This document shows positions 1 to 8,913 of a stretch of 64,000 nucleotides of DNA, piece by piece; position 1 is the first letter of the stretch; every line of letters starts with the position of its first letter. Under the pieces are notes generated by a model, which did not search any database, was not told the origin of the DNA, and saw nothing but the letters and a program-made list of their open reading frames with translations. The position numbers and the translations under genes were made by a program. Origin of the DNA: an uncultured bacterium (GTDB lineage Bacteria; Actinomycetota; Acidimicrobiia; Spongiisociales; ZC4RG35); the NCBI GenBank assembly GCA_963792365.1, contig CAWBVW010000001.1:359312-423311 (forward strand), given 5' to 3'.

Positions 1-361
1 AGCGACCTTCGCCGAAGCCACACACCCCGTGCAGACGCTCGCAATGCGGTTCACGGCCGGCGGTCACAGCATCGCTTACACAGGTGACACCGGCCCCGCC
101 GGCGACTGGACGACCGTCGCCGGCGACGCCGACCTCTTCCTATGTGAGGCGACCTTCGTGGGCACCCGAGACGACCACCCCTATCCTTATCATCTCAACG
201 CTTTCGAAGCCGGGCAGATCGCGGCGGCAAACGGCGTCGACCGCTTGGTTCTGACCCACATTCCGATCCACTGGGACCCGGCCCGATCGCTGAGCGAGGC
301 CGAAACCCACTTCGACGGTGATCTGGGGCTCGCCGAGCCCGGTGCCTCCTTCTCGATCTGA
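1..361 (+). CDS. MBL-fold metallo-hydrolase (RNase Z/ElaC-like), C-terminal fragment. The gene starts upstream of the window.
   Basis: The reading frame is open from position 2 with no upstream stop in the window. The C-terminal motif ...VDRLVLTHIPIHW matches the conserved LvLTHxS region of MBL-fold hydrolases. Confidence 0.45.
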   Translation, partial: ATFAEATHPVQTLAMRFTAGGHSIAYTGDTGPAGDWTTVAGDADLFLCEATFVGTRDDHPYPYHLNAFEAGQIAAANGVDRLVLTHIPIHWDPARSLSEAETHFDGDLGLAEPGASFSI

Positions 362-464
362 CTCCTACGACTTACGCGATCGGTCCCCAGGCCGACGGGA
401 ATCCCGATCAAGGACGACAGAACGACGCCCACGGACGTGGCGGTCACCCTCTCTTTGGGATGCC

Positions 465-1514
465 GTGAGCGAAGACAAGTCCCAGAAAACTGAAAAGGCG
501 ACGTCGAAGCGCCGCCGTGACGCCCGCCGCAAGGGTCAGATCCCCAAGTCGACGGAGATCGGGGTCGCCGCGTCGTTCGTCACTGCTCTGATCGCCCTGC
601 GGGCATTCGGTCCGGCCACCGTCCGGATCTTGTTCGAGGACGCCCGTCACATCATCGGCTCGGCCGGCTCGAATCCCAGTCTCGGCACGGTTGCAGGGGT
701 GGCGGGCACCATGTTTCTCGTGGGGGTCGCGCCGTTTGTCGGGATCGCAGCGATCGCCGGAACCGCCGGCGCCGTCGCCCAGGTCGGCTTCGTCCTCACG
801 CCGGAAGCCGCCAAGCCGAAACTGTCCAACCTCAACCCCAAACGCGGGCTCGACAAGCTCAAGCCGGCGACCGCAACCTGGGAACTCGCTCGCACCACCT
901 TGAAGCTGGGGCTCTTCATCGCACTCGCCTGGGGCCCGGTTGTCGACGGCATCACCGAGCTCGCCGCCGTCAGGACCCTCGACCGCGCGATCTCCGACGT
1001 GTCGGCGGTCACCTGGGACGTTCTCGTGAGAGCGGCCCTGCTGGCGCTGCTCATCGGGCTCTCCGACTACGCCTTCAATCGTTGGAAGATGACGAAGGGG
1101 ATGCGCATGTCGAAAGAGGAGATCAAGCAGGAGTACAAGACCAGCGAAGGCGACCCCCTCGTCAAGGGCCAGCGGCGTCGCCGAGCCGCCGAGATGAACC
1201 GGAATCGGCTCATCAACGTTGCATCCGCCGACGTGGTGGTGACCAACCCGACACATTTTGCCGTGGCGCTGAAGTACGACCGCACGGAGCCCGCTCCACG
1301 TGTGGTTGCCAAGGGCACGGATCGACATGCCAAGAAGATCCGGAGGATGGCGGCGAGGCACGGCGTACCGATGGTCGAGAACCGACCCCTTGCGCGCAGC
1401 CTGTTCCGGCGCGTGAAGGTGGGCGGGTACGTTCCCACCGCGCTGTTCGAAGCCACCGCCGTCGTCCTGGCCGAGGGGTACCGCCGCCGGGGTAGAAGGC
1501 CGAGCGCAGCATGA
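465..1514 (+). CDS. flhB: Flagellar export apparatus protein FlhB
   Basis: N-terminus from the GTG at 465 reads (M)SEDKSQKTEKATSKRRRDARRKGQIPKS, the classic FlhB start. The C-terminal domain carries the NPTH autocleavage motif (VVVTNPTHFAVALKY). The stop overlaps the flhA start (ATGA). The ORF track's start at 318 is probably too far upstream. Confidence 0.85.
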   Translation: MSEDKSQKTEKATSKRRRDARRKGQIPKSTEIGVAASFVTALIALRAFGPATVRILFEDARHIIGSAGSNPSLGTVAGVAGTMFLVGVAPFVGIAAIAGTAGAVAQVGFVLTPEAAKPKLSNLNPKRGLDKLKPATATWELARTTLKLGLFIALAWGPVVDGITELAAVRTLDRAISDVSAVTWDVLVRAALLALLIGLSDYAFNRWKMTKGMRMSKEEIKQEYKTSEGDPLVKGQRRRRAAEMNRNRLINVASADVVVTNPTHFAVALKYDRTEPAPRVVAKGTDRHAKKIRRMAARHGVPMVENRPLARSLFRRVKVGGYVPTALFEATAVVLAEGYRRRGRRPSAA

Positions 1515-3562
1515 GGCGCGGAGCGGGAGCCCAGATGTTGACCCCATTGCTGCTCGTGGGCGTGGTCCTGATGATGGTGGTGCCGATGCCACCAGTGATG
1601 CTCGACGTGATGCTGGCAGCGAACTTCACGCTGGCCATCCTTGCGCTCCTTGCCGCCATGCTGCTGAAGGATTCGCTCGAACTGTCGGTGTTCCCGTCGT
1701 TCCTTCTCGTCGCCACCCTCACACGGCTTGCACTCAACGTGTCGTCGACGCGGCTCATACTGCTCAACGGATACGCCGGAAAGGTGATCGACGCATTCGG
1801 AACCTTCGTCATCGGTGGATCCGTGGTGGTCGGCCTGGTCGTGTTCCTGATCCTGGTGATCATCCAATTCGTCGTCATCACGAATGGCGCCGGCCGGGTG
1901 GCTGAGGTCGCAGCTCGATTCACTCTCGACGCCATGCCCGGCAAGCAGATGGCGATCGACGCCGATCTCGGGTCGGGTCTGATCAACGAAGCCCAGGCGC
2001 GGGAGATGCGGGCCAAGATCGCCAAGGAGGCCGATTTCTACGGCGCCATGGACGGTGCGTCCAAGTTCGTCAAGGGTGACGCCATCGCCGGCGTCATCAT
2101 CACGTCGATCAACCTGATCGGTGGGATGGCGATCGGGCTCGGATCGGCCGGGCTGAGTTTTGGCGAAGCGGTCGACACGTACTCACGCCTCTCGGTCGGC
2201 GATGGCCTCGTCTCGCAGATCCCGGCGTTGCTGATCTCGATCGCCACCGGTCTTCTCGTGACCAGGGTCGGCTCGGACAACGCCATGGGTTCCGATCTCG
2301 CCCGTCAGGTGTTCGGAAACCCCGACGCCCTCAGGATCGGCTCCATCGTCGTAACCGGGATGGGCCTGTTGCCCGGGCTACCAAAGCTTCCCTTCTTCGG
2401 GATCGCTGCGCTGCTGTTCTTCCTCTCCACACGCGCCGGCACCAACCCCGACGACGAGATTCCTCTCGACGGCGAGCCCGAGATCCGCACCAGTCCCGAC
2501 GACCCCGAAGCTCTCATCGAACGGATGCGCCTCGAGCCCCTGGAGCTCCACCTCTCCCACGAAATCCTCGATCTGGTGGACCCCGAGCGCGGTGGCGACC
2601 TCATGGAACGCGTCAGATCGCTCCGCCGGCAGATCGCCGACGAGCTCGGAGTGGTCATCCCATTGCTGCGCGTGCGAGACGACGCCACGCTCCCCGAATC
2701 GGCCTACAACATCCTCCTGCGCGGGATCGAGGTCGGCTCCGGTGTCGCACCCCGCGACCAACTCCTGGCTCTTCCGATGGGCGACGGGTCGGACTTGCGG
2801 GCGATGGGCGGGTCACCGACCACTGAACCGGTCTTTGGACTGGAGGCGTTCTGGGTCCCGGACTCTGCCCGCAGCGCAGCCGCCGCCACCGGCGCCACCG
2901 TCGTCGATCGCTCATCGGCCGTGGTGACCCACCTCGCCGAGGTGGTGCGAACCAACGCCTCCCAGCTCCTGAGCCGGCAGGACGTGTCGATGCTGCTCGA
3001 GGGGCTTCGATATGACGAGCCCATCCTCGCCAACGAGGTCGGAACCGACCAGCTTCCGCTCCAGACCCTGCATGCGGTACTCCGGGCGCTCCTCGACGAA
3101 CGGGTGTCCATTCGTGACATCGGCCGGATCATCGAGGCCGTGGCGTCCAAGGCGACCGAAACGCGGTCGGTCGAGGCGCTCGTGGCTGCGGCGAGGGTGT
3201 CCCTGGGATCGGCCATCGTCGGCAAGATCGCACCGGGGGGCCGCCTCAAGCTCATCACGCTCGAACCCGCCCTCGAAGCTGCATATCACGAGGCAATCCG
3301 CGAAGTCGACGGGACATCGCATCTGGTGCTCGATCCGGGCAAGCTCGAACGCCTCAGAGCCGACACGACGGCCGCGTTGTCGGCGGTGTCCGGCGAGCCG
3401 TTGGCGCTGGTCTGCAGCCTGGCCCTGCGCAAGCCCCTCCACAGAACCCTCACATCACTCGGCGTGGACCTCCCCGTGGTGGCCTACCCCGAGCTTCCCG
3501 CGCACCTGGAACTGATCCCGATCGGAGTGATCGAACATGGCGAACCAACCCACGCTGTCTGA
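1511..3562 (+). CDS. flhA: Flagellar export apparatus protein FlhA
   Basis: 683 aa with an N-terminal multi-TM domain and the conserved FlhA stretch ...FTLDAMPGKQMAIDADL...KFVKGDAIAG..., plus a large cytoplasmic C-domain. Translationally coupled to flhB. Confidence 0.9.
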   Translation: MRRGAGAQMLTPLLLVGVVLMMVVPMPPVMLDVMLAANFTLAILALLAAMLLKDSLELSVFPSFLLVATLTRLALNVSSTRLILLNGYAGKVIDAFGTFVIGGSVVVGLVVFLILVIIQFVVITNGAGRVAEVAARFTLDAMPGKQMAIDADLGSGLINEAQAREMRAKIAKEADFYGAMDGASKFVKGDAIAGVIITSINLIGGMAIGLGSAGLSFGEAVDTYSRLSVGDGLVSQIPALLISIATGLLVTRVGSDNAMGSDLARQVFGNPDALRIGSIVVTGMGLLPGLPKLPFFGIAALLFFLSTRAGTNPDDEIPLDGEPEIRTSPDDPEALIERMRLEPLELHLSHEILDLVDPERGGDLMERVRSLRRQIADELGVVIPLLRVRDDATLPESAYNILLRGIEVGSGVAPRDQLLALPMGDGSDLRAMGGSPTTEPVFGLEAFWVPDSARSAAAATGATVVDRSSAVVTHLAEVVRTNASQLLSRQDVSMLLEGLRYDEPILANEVGTDQLPLQTLHAVLRALLDERVSIRDIGRIIEAVASKATETRSVEALVAAARVSLGSAIVGKIAPGGRLKLITLEPALEAAYHEAIREVDGTSHLVLDPGKLERLRADTTAALSAVSGEPLALVCSLALRKPLHRTLTSLGVDLPVVAYPELPAHLELIPIGVIEHGEPTHAV

Positions 3563-4328
3563 CACACCAACCGTCACCATCGAGGCCGCCACGGTCGAAG
3601 AGGCACTTGGTCGCCTGACCGAGGAAGTCGGCCCCGGAGCCCGGATACTGCGAGCCGACCGAGTGCGGCGCGGCGGCATCGCCGGGTTCTTCGCCCGCGA
3701 GATGGTCGAGATCGAAGCGGAGGCCCCCGGCGGCGAGGGTGTCGACGGCGCGTTCGATCGGATGCTGGAAGCCGCCGAGAGCGCCGACGAGCGCCCTGTG
3801 CTCAACGACTCTCTCACCCGCCCCACCCTCGACTCGGGACCGCCGCCGGCGCTCACTTCACAGGCCCGACCGGTGACCACCACTGCGTGGGACAGCGCCA
3901 GGATGCTCGAACTGGGCCTCCCAGGTGCGTTGGTGCAAGCCGTGGCCTCCCTCGACCCCTCCGACGACCTCGGCCACCTCACGGCGCTCGTAGAGGTTCT
4001 CACGCCCGTTTGCGGGTCGCTGCCCGCCGAGCCGATGCGGCTGGTCGGCGAACGCGCCGAGCGCCTCCGCTCGGCGATCGCCATCGATGAGAGCGATACC
4101 GGTCTCATCCATCTCGTCGTAGGTGACGAGCTCCCGGCAACGCTGCCCGGGGTGCCGGCCGTGGTGTCGTGGGTCAGCGACGGCGGCGTCGCTCGAGCGA
4201 TCAGCCTGGCGCTGGGCACAGGAGCCTTGCTGGGCTACGGCATCGGAAGCTCCTTCGGCGCACCGGTTCGTCGAATCGCTCCCCTCGACGCCGCAATCGC
4301 GATTCGCGAGCTCATGGACCGGACATGA
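3537..4328 (+). CDS. Hypothetical protein with an FlhF N-terminal (B-domain)-like region and no SRP-GTPase domain
   Basis: The N-terminus TVTIEAATVEEALGRLTEEVGPGARILRADRVRRGGIAGFFAREMVEIEA resembles the start of FlhF. No G1-G5 GTPase motifs follow. Overlaps the flhA 3' end by 26 nt. Confidence 0.5.
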   Translation: MANQPTLSDTPTVTIEAATVEEALGRLTEEVGPGARILRADRVRRGGIAGFFAREMVEIEAEAPGGEGVDGAFDRMLEAAESADERPVLNDSLTRPTLDSGPPPALTSQARPVTTTAWDSARMLELGLPGALVQAVASLDPSDDLGHLTALVEVLTPVCGSLPAEPMRLVGERAERLRSAIAIDESDTGLIHLVVGDELPATLPGVPAVVSWVSDGGVARAISLALGTGALLGYGIGSSFGAPVRRIAPLDAAIAIRELMDRT

Positions 4329-4564
4329 ACGGACCTCAATACCTCAAGCGGCTCGTCGCCATCATCGGGCTCTTGCTGATGATGCCCATCGGGTACCAGC
4401 TGATCATGGGGACGGTGACACCGACGGATGCGGCCATCCGGGCAGGCGCGCTGTTCGCCGGCGTTGTCATGGCGCGCAAGGTGGCCGACCTCGCCCCAGG
4501 CGGCCGGACCGTGCTGATTCCCGTCCAGGAGGAACGCCCGGTCGAGACTCCGGTCGAGGGCTGA
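4325..4564 (+). CDS. Small hydrophobic protein (~79 aa, one or two TM)
   Basis: ATG at 4325 overlaps the stop of the preceding gene. MNGPQYLKRLVAIIGLLLMMPIGYQLIMG... has a strong hydrophobic helix. GC3-rich codons. Confidence 0.35.
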   Translation: MNGPQYLKRLVAIIGLLLMMPIGYQLIMGTVTPTDAAIRAGALFAGVVMARKVADLAPGGRTVLIPVQEERPVETPVEG

Positions 4565-4927
4565 CCGCGCACCGCCCACACTCCGAGGAGAGTCCGTACG
4601 CCGGCCCGGTCAGGCCGACCTCAGGTTCTCCCACTTGCCATCGCTGAAGCGTCTCGAGGAGGTCGAGGATCGACCGAGCGCCGCACACGGCGACGACCGA
4701 AACACCCGCTCACCTCTCGAGGCCGCGGCACTTCCGTTGGTAGGCATTGCCCCTGGTCCAAGAACGAGCACGCCCGCCAGAGGCGTCTCAGTGGTCTCTC
4801 ATCGCATCGCAGTCCATCGCCGGGCGTCCTCGATGGGGATGAGCTCTGCTGACTCGCTGGAGCCCGGCTACCCACCGAGATCCGACAGGTTCACCCGGCG
4901 AGGTACGACAGGCTCGGCGTGATGTCT

Positions 4928-5734
4928 TCAGCCCGCGAGCGGGTCGGCTTGGAGTTCCGACTCCGGCAGACTCGCGAACACCTGCGCCGTGGCTTCGGCG
5001 AAGAGGCGGGACTCCGTTTCGACGAACCCAACATGACCGTCGAGGCCGAGGCGTTTCATTGCGATCCGGAGCGGCATGTCCAGACATCGTGTCGGGGACT
5101 CGTCTTCGACAGCGCACATCGCTGCGGCGAGCGCCCGCTCCATCTCGGTGACGGGCTCGTGATGAGCTGCGACGGCCGCCACGATGTCGGTGGGGAGATT
5201 CCACTCGGCGAGCATCTTGGTGCCCATCTCGAGATGATCGGTTTCGTACGCCATTCGTTCACGACGCAACATCTGCTGGTCCTGGTACCCCCGCATCCAC
5301 TGCTTCCGACGCCACGCCAGGAAGCCCTCGTCTGTAGTGAGCAGCCCGGCCGTACCGGCAGCGGAGAAAAGCCCCGCCACGAACAACTGCTCGTTCTCGG
5401 CCCGTGAGAAGCCGAGGAGGCGTCCGATCAACTTGGCTGCACGGCCCACGACGAGAGACTCCTCCCACAGCTCGGGCGCACCCCAGGTATCGACGAGATC
5501 GCGGTTCAACGACGCCATGGCCAGAGCACCCACCGAGCGGCAGCCGACTCGGATGACAGCCTCCATCACCGTTCCCACGGGATACACCGCGCCGACGTAC
5601 GCAGAGTTGGCGTACCGCACGACCGCCGCTGCCGTGTCGGGGATCGTGGCCACGCGTGCAGCTACCTCATACAGGTCCGGATCGTTGGCCATAGCCGCCG
5701 TCCAGAGCTCTACTTTTCGCGAGCCGAGGTCCAT
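4928..5734 (-). CDS. HDOD domain-containing signalling protein
   Basis: 268 aa. The HDOD-like core ...IPDTAAAVVRYANSAYVGAVYPVGTVMEAVIRVG...LNRDL... has the HD motif degenerate (AGLFSAAG). Paralog of the next gene. Confidence 0.65.
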   Translation of the reverse strand: MDLGSRKVELWTAAMANDPDLYEVAARVATIPDTAAAVVRYANSAYVGAVYPVGTVMEAVIRVGCRSVGALAMASLNRDLVDTWGAPELWEESLVVGRAAKLIGRLLGFSRAENEQLFVAGLFSAAGTAGLLTTDEGFLAWRRKQWMRGYQDQQMLRRERMAYETDHLEMGTKMLAEWNLPTDIVAAVAAHHEPVTEMERALAAAMCAVEDESPTRCLDMPLRIAMKRLGLDGHVGFVETESRLFAEATAQVFASLPESELQADPLAG

Positions 5735-5848
5735 GATGCTTCAGTATCTCCTTGGAGGACCGGTCGGCCGTTTCGGACGCTGGAAAAGACCTCTGGGGGC
5801 CTTGATCGGGCCTGTAGGCCGAATCCGGCGCCCAGGCGTTGATCTATG

Positions 5849-6664
5849 TCAACCGACTCGCTCAGCTACCCGCTTCGACGCAACTGCGGGTCTTGGTGAC
5901 TCGCCCTCACCGAACACGGCCTCCACGTACCGAAGCGCCGCGACGCGCACGGAATCCACGTGCTTCGACAGTCCGATCTCGTCCATCGCTGCGCTGAACG
6001 AAGTGTCATGACACCTCGCTGCCGACGCCGAATCAGGGATGGTCATCCCCGCCCACAAGGCGAGATCGAACCGGTTCCGTGGCTCGTGATGAGACGCGAC
6101 CACGTCGATGATCGAAGTGGGCATGTTCCACTCGTCGAGCAGGCGAGACGCGGCGACCACGTGGTCGAGCTCAAATGCCATCCGCTCACGACGAAGCATC
6201 TGATCCTCGCTGTGCCCCTTCACCCATTGGCTCGCCCTCCACGAGAGGTAGCCGGCGTCCTGGGCCGTCAAGGCAGCGGCGCCGGCACTCGAGAAGAGAC
6301 CAGCGACGAACAGTGTCTCCGAATCGCGGCGGGGAAAGCCGTAGAGCCGACCGATCATTCGGGCTGCTCGGCCCACTGCGAGAGCGTCCGCTGCCAACTC
6401 GGGGATATCCCACCGATCGGCCAACTCACGATTCAGCGAAGCAAGCGCTATCGCTCCGACCTGACGACCACCGATCCGCACGACTGCGTCCAGCACACTC
6501 GCAACGGGGTATACCGCACCGACGTAGGAGGAGTTGGCGAAACGGATGACTGCACTCACCGTGTCCGGGATCGTGCCCAGCAGCGCTGCGATCCCGAACA
6601 CATCAGGCTCGTCATCCGAGGCCAACCGCCACAGTTCGAGTTTGCGCTGAACGACATCCATCAC
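5849..6664 (-). CDS. HDOD domain-containing signalling protein (tandem paralog)
   Basis: 271 aa, clearly homologous to 4928-5734 (LELW..A.D.PD...A...GTIPDT..AV.R.ANS.YVGAVYPV..V..AV.R.G.R.VGA.A.ASLNR). Confidence 0.65.
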   Translation of the reverse strand: MMDVVQRKLELWRLASDDEPDVFGIAALLGTIPDTVSAVIRFANSSYVGAVYPVASVLDAVVRIGGRQVGAIALASLNRELADRWDIPELAADALAVGRAARMIGRLYGFPRRDSETLFVAGLFSSAGAAALTAQDAGYLSWRASQWVKGHSEDQMLRRERMAFELDHVVAASRLLDEWNMPTSIIDVVASHHEPRNRFDLALWAGMTIPDSASAARCHDTSFSAAMDEIGLSKHVDSVRVAALRYVEAVFGEGESPRPAVASKRVAERVG

Positions 6665-6718
6665 GTCACGCTCCCCCGTCGACCAGGTCGACCGGGGCGA
6701 TAAGCGCTTTGCGGCAGC

Positions 6719-7606
6719 TCAGCCTGCTTCGTACAGACGGGTGTTGCCGGTGGTGGCGGACTCGAGCAGCGACTCCGCGTCGAGTCGGGTGCGCCAGTTC
6801 GATTGATCGGCCATGCGAGCCACGTACGCAGCTCGTGCGCGCTTACCGGGCGCTGAATCCGGGGAAGGCTCGACGCCCTCGTACTGAGTCGAGAAGAACG
6901 AGCGCATGGCCATCAGCGCCTCCGACCGGATCTGACTGACCCGGGCCTCTGTGAGACCGAGATCGTCGGCGATGTCCTGAAGGAGCTCGCCTTCGAGGTA
7001 GTACCGGGAGATCACCTCGGCTTGTACGGTCGGAAGATGGCGAACGGCGTCCACGAGCGAACCCCGCAGCTCACGCTGCTCCAGCGCCACCTCGGGGAGC
7101 GTCTCCACCCGCTCTTCTTCGACGCGGTCGGCAAGCGAGGTTTCGTCAGTCTCACTCGGCTGGTCGAGGTGGAGCAGTGTGCTGGTGGCGGCGTGGGCCT
7201 GCCGGCTGTTGAGCTCGTCGACGGAGATGCCCAGGAAGGCGGCGATCTCGTTGGTGGTGGGAGGCCGTCCATGCTGCTCTTCGAGGCCGGTCTGGGTCTC
7301 CTGGATCTCGCGGAGCCGGCGGCGGACTGATCGGCTCGCCCAGTCCCGGGTCCGGGTTGAGTCGATGATCGCGCCGCGAATGCGGATCGCGGCGTAGCGG
7401 GCGAACGGAATCCCGGATTCGGGATCGTACCGCCGGCTGGCTTCCACGAGGCCGAGTGCGCCTGCGTTCCAGAGTTCAGAACGGTCTACGTGACGCGGAT
7501 ACCGCGCCGACACCTCGCTGACGATGTGGCCTACGAGGTCAAGGGTTTCTGAGACGAGCTCGTTCTGCTCCTCTGCCGTCAACGCTGCCATGATGTGGAC
7601 CCCCAA
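6719..7606 (-). CDS. fliA: Flagellar sigma factor FliA/WhiG (sigma-28) with a ~60-aa C-terminal extension
   Basis: Sigma-70 regions 2 to 4 are recognisable (...ELWNAGALGLVEASRRYDPESGIPFARYAAIRIRGAIID..., region 4 ...LQDIADDLGLTEARVSQIRSEAL...). The start may be the TTG/ATG alternatives around 7590-7606. Confidence 0.8.
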   Translation of the reverse strand: MGVHIMAALTAEEQNELVSETLDLVGHIVSEVSARYPRHVDRSELWNAGALGLVEASRRYDPESGIPFARYAAIRIRGAIIDSTRTRDWASRSVRRRLREIQETQTGLEEQHGRPPTTNEIAAFLGISVDELNSRQAHAATSTLLHLDQPSETDETSLADRVEEERVETLPEVALEQRELRGSLVDAVRHLPTVQAEVISRYYLEGELLQDIADDLGLTEARVSQIRSEALMAMRSFFSTQYEGVEPSPDSAPGKRARAAYVARMADQSNWRTRLDAESLLESATTGNTRLYEAG

Positions 7607-7730
7607 ATGCGTGCCGAGTGCCTTACGTTTCAGGGATCGGACAATCGGGGGCTAATCCTTGAGGGTCATATTTCCATAGTCACTCGCCCGAACCACGAAA
7701 CCTCGGCGCGATCGGCCGACAGGTCCCTCG

Positions 7731-8180
7731 ATGACAACGGCACTGGCCTCTCCCACGTACTACGACCTGATCGGTCTCCTCGCCAACGAACGCCGACTCC
7801 TCGAGCGGCTTCTGTTCCGTCACGCCGAGATCTCGATGCTGATCGCCGCAGGCGAGCATCGATTCGTCGGCCGAGCCGTCGACGAGGCCCTCGAGGTCGA
7901 GGCCGAGCTCGCCGCATGTGATCTCACCAGGGCAATGATGCTCGTGGGGCTCACGCCTCGCGGTGACGACATGTCGATGGCCGAGCTCATCTCCGAGGCA
8001 CCCGCCGAGTTCCAGGCGCCCCTCGGCGATCTGACCCGCGACATGAAGCGAATCATGGCCCAGGTGGACAAATATCGTCGCGAGGCGGCAGCTTGGGCCG
8101 GCGAACGAGCCGAGCAGGTTCGCCAGGCCATCCAACGTTTTGGCGCCGATACCTACTTGGACGGTCGATTGGGGTCCTGA
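7731..8180 (+). CDS. FlgN-like flagellar chaperone family protein (paralog of flgN at 11184-11705)
   Basis: 149 aa. The block ERRLLERLLFRHAEISMLIAAGEHRFVGRAVDEALEVEAEL aligns with ERQLLEHLLFKLIEARLVLAADEARFLPQAMREVEAIVDRV of the flgN product. Convergent with csrA; the two 3' ends overlap by 28 nt. Confidence 0.5.
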   Translation: MTTALASPTYYDLIGLLANERRLLERLLFRHAEISMLIAAGEHRFVGRAVDEALEVEAELAACDLTRAMMLVGLTPRGDDMSMAELISEAPAEFQAPLGDLTRDMKRIMAQVDKYRREAAAWAGERAEQVRQAIQRFGADTYLDGRLGS

Positions 8181-8413
8181 AGCTTGAGTCCGGTCGCCTT
8201 CGTGGACAGCAAGCTCGACTTGAGGTCGGTGGAAGCGGCGGCCGCACGGTTCTCAGCAAGCACCTGCTCGTAGATCTCCGCACGATGGACCGCGAGACTG
8301 CGCGGGGCATCGACACCCACTCGTATCTGACCGCCTCGAACCTCGAGAATGGTGATCACCACATCGTTTCCGATGACGATGGACTCGCCGGCTCTTCTGC
8401 TCAGCACCAGCAT
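8153..8413 (-). CDS. csrA: Carbon storage regulator CsrA
   Basis: MLVLSRRAGESIVIGNDVVITILEVRGGQIRVGVDAPRSLAVHRAEIY is the canonical CsrA fold sequence. The internal ATG at 8413 overlaps the fliW stop. The 167-aa ORF-track version carries a spurious N-terminal extension. Confidence 0.85.
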   Translation of the reverse strand: MLVLSRRAGESIVIGNDVVITILEVRGGQIRVGVDAPRSLAVHRAEIYEQVLAENRAAAASTDLKSSLLSTKATGLKLQDPNRPSK

Positions 8414-8805
8414 CAGCCGGCACTCACAGGCAGCAGCGCCCGGATCGGGTAGTCCTGGTCGGTCAGTACGACCTGACGTCCCATCCGGGTCTTCACGTTG
8501 ACGATGAACGGTCCCAACAGATTCATGTGTGCACTCTTGCGGTCGGCGTCCAGCGTAACGGCGCAGAACACGACCGCATCCTGTTCCTGTTCGATACCCA
8601 GCCCTGCCTGGTCGACGTCGGTGAGCTCGGGGGCATAGTCGGGAAAGAACAGCCACGGCACGCCAACGACGATCGCCAAGTCGGGATCATCGACGTTCTG
8701 GAGCAGCTGGAAAGCTCCGTCATCGACGAGTTCGACGAGTTGGAAGCGATGGGCATCCGGGAACCCGGGAATCCCATCGTCGAACTCCAGATACTGCTCA
8801 TCCAT
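8413..8805 (-). CDS. fliW: Flagellar assembly factor FliW
   Basis: 130 aa, acidic, FliW-like (…FQLVELVDDGAFQLLQNVDDPDLAIVVGVPWLFFPDY…FIVNVKTRMGRQVVL). Sits in the conserved flgL-fliW-csrA arrangement. Confidence 0.8.
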   Translation of the reverse strand: MDEQYLEFDDGIPGFPDAHRFQLVELVDDGAFQLLQNVDDPDLAIVVGVPWLFFPDYAPELTDVDQAGLGIEQEQDAVVFCAVTLDADRKSAHMNLLGPFIVNVKTRMGRQVVLTDQDYPIRALLPVSAG

Positions 8806-8913
8806 CGTCGGCTACTTCCTCGATCGGCACGTGCAGGGAATGAGGGTAGTGGCCCGGGCCCTCGGTAGCCGGTAGGGACGGTGTTTCGCTCAGTCGGACG
8901 GGTCGAAGTGGGC

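Noticed and set aside
444-3442. Long antisense ORFs inside flhB/flhA (for example 444-1592 -, 1213-2025 -, 2704-3258 -)
   Set aside because: Arg/Gly/Pro/Ser-rich, no motifs, fully contained antisense to strongly supported flagellar genes. These are typical GC-rich shadow ORFs.
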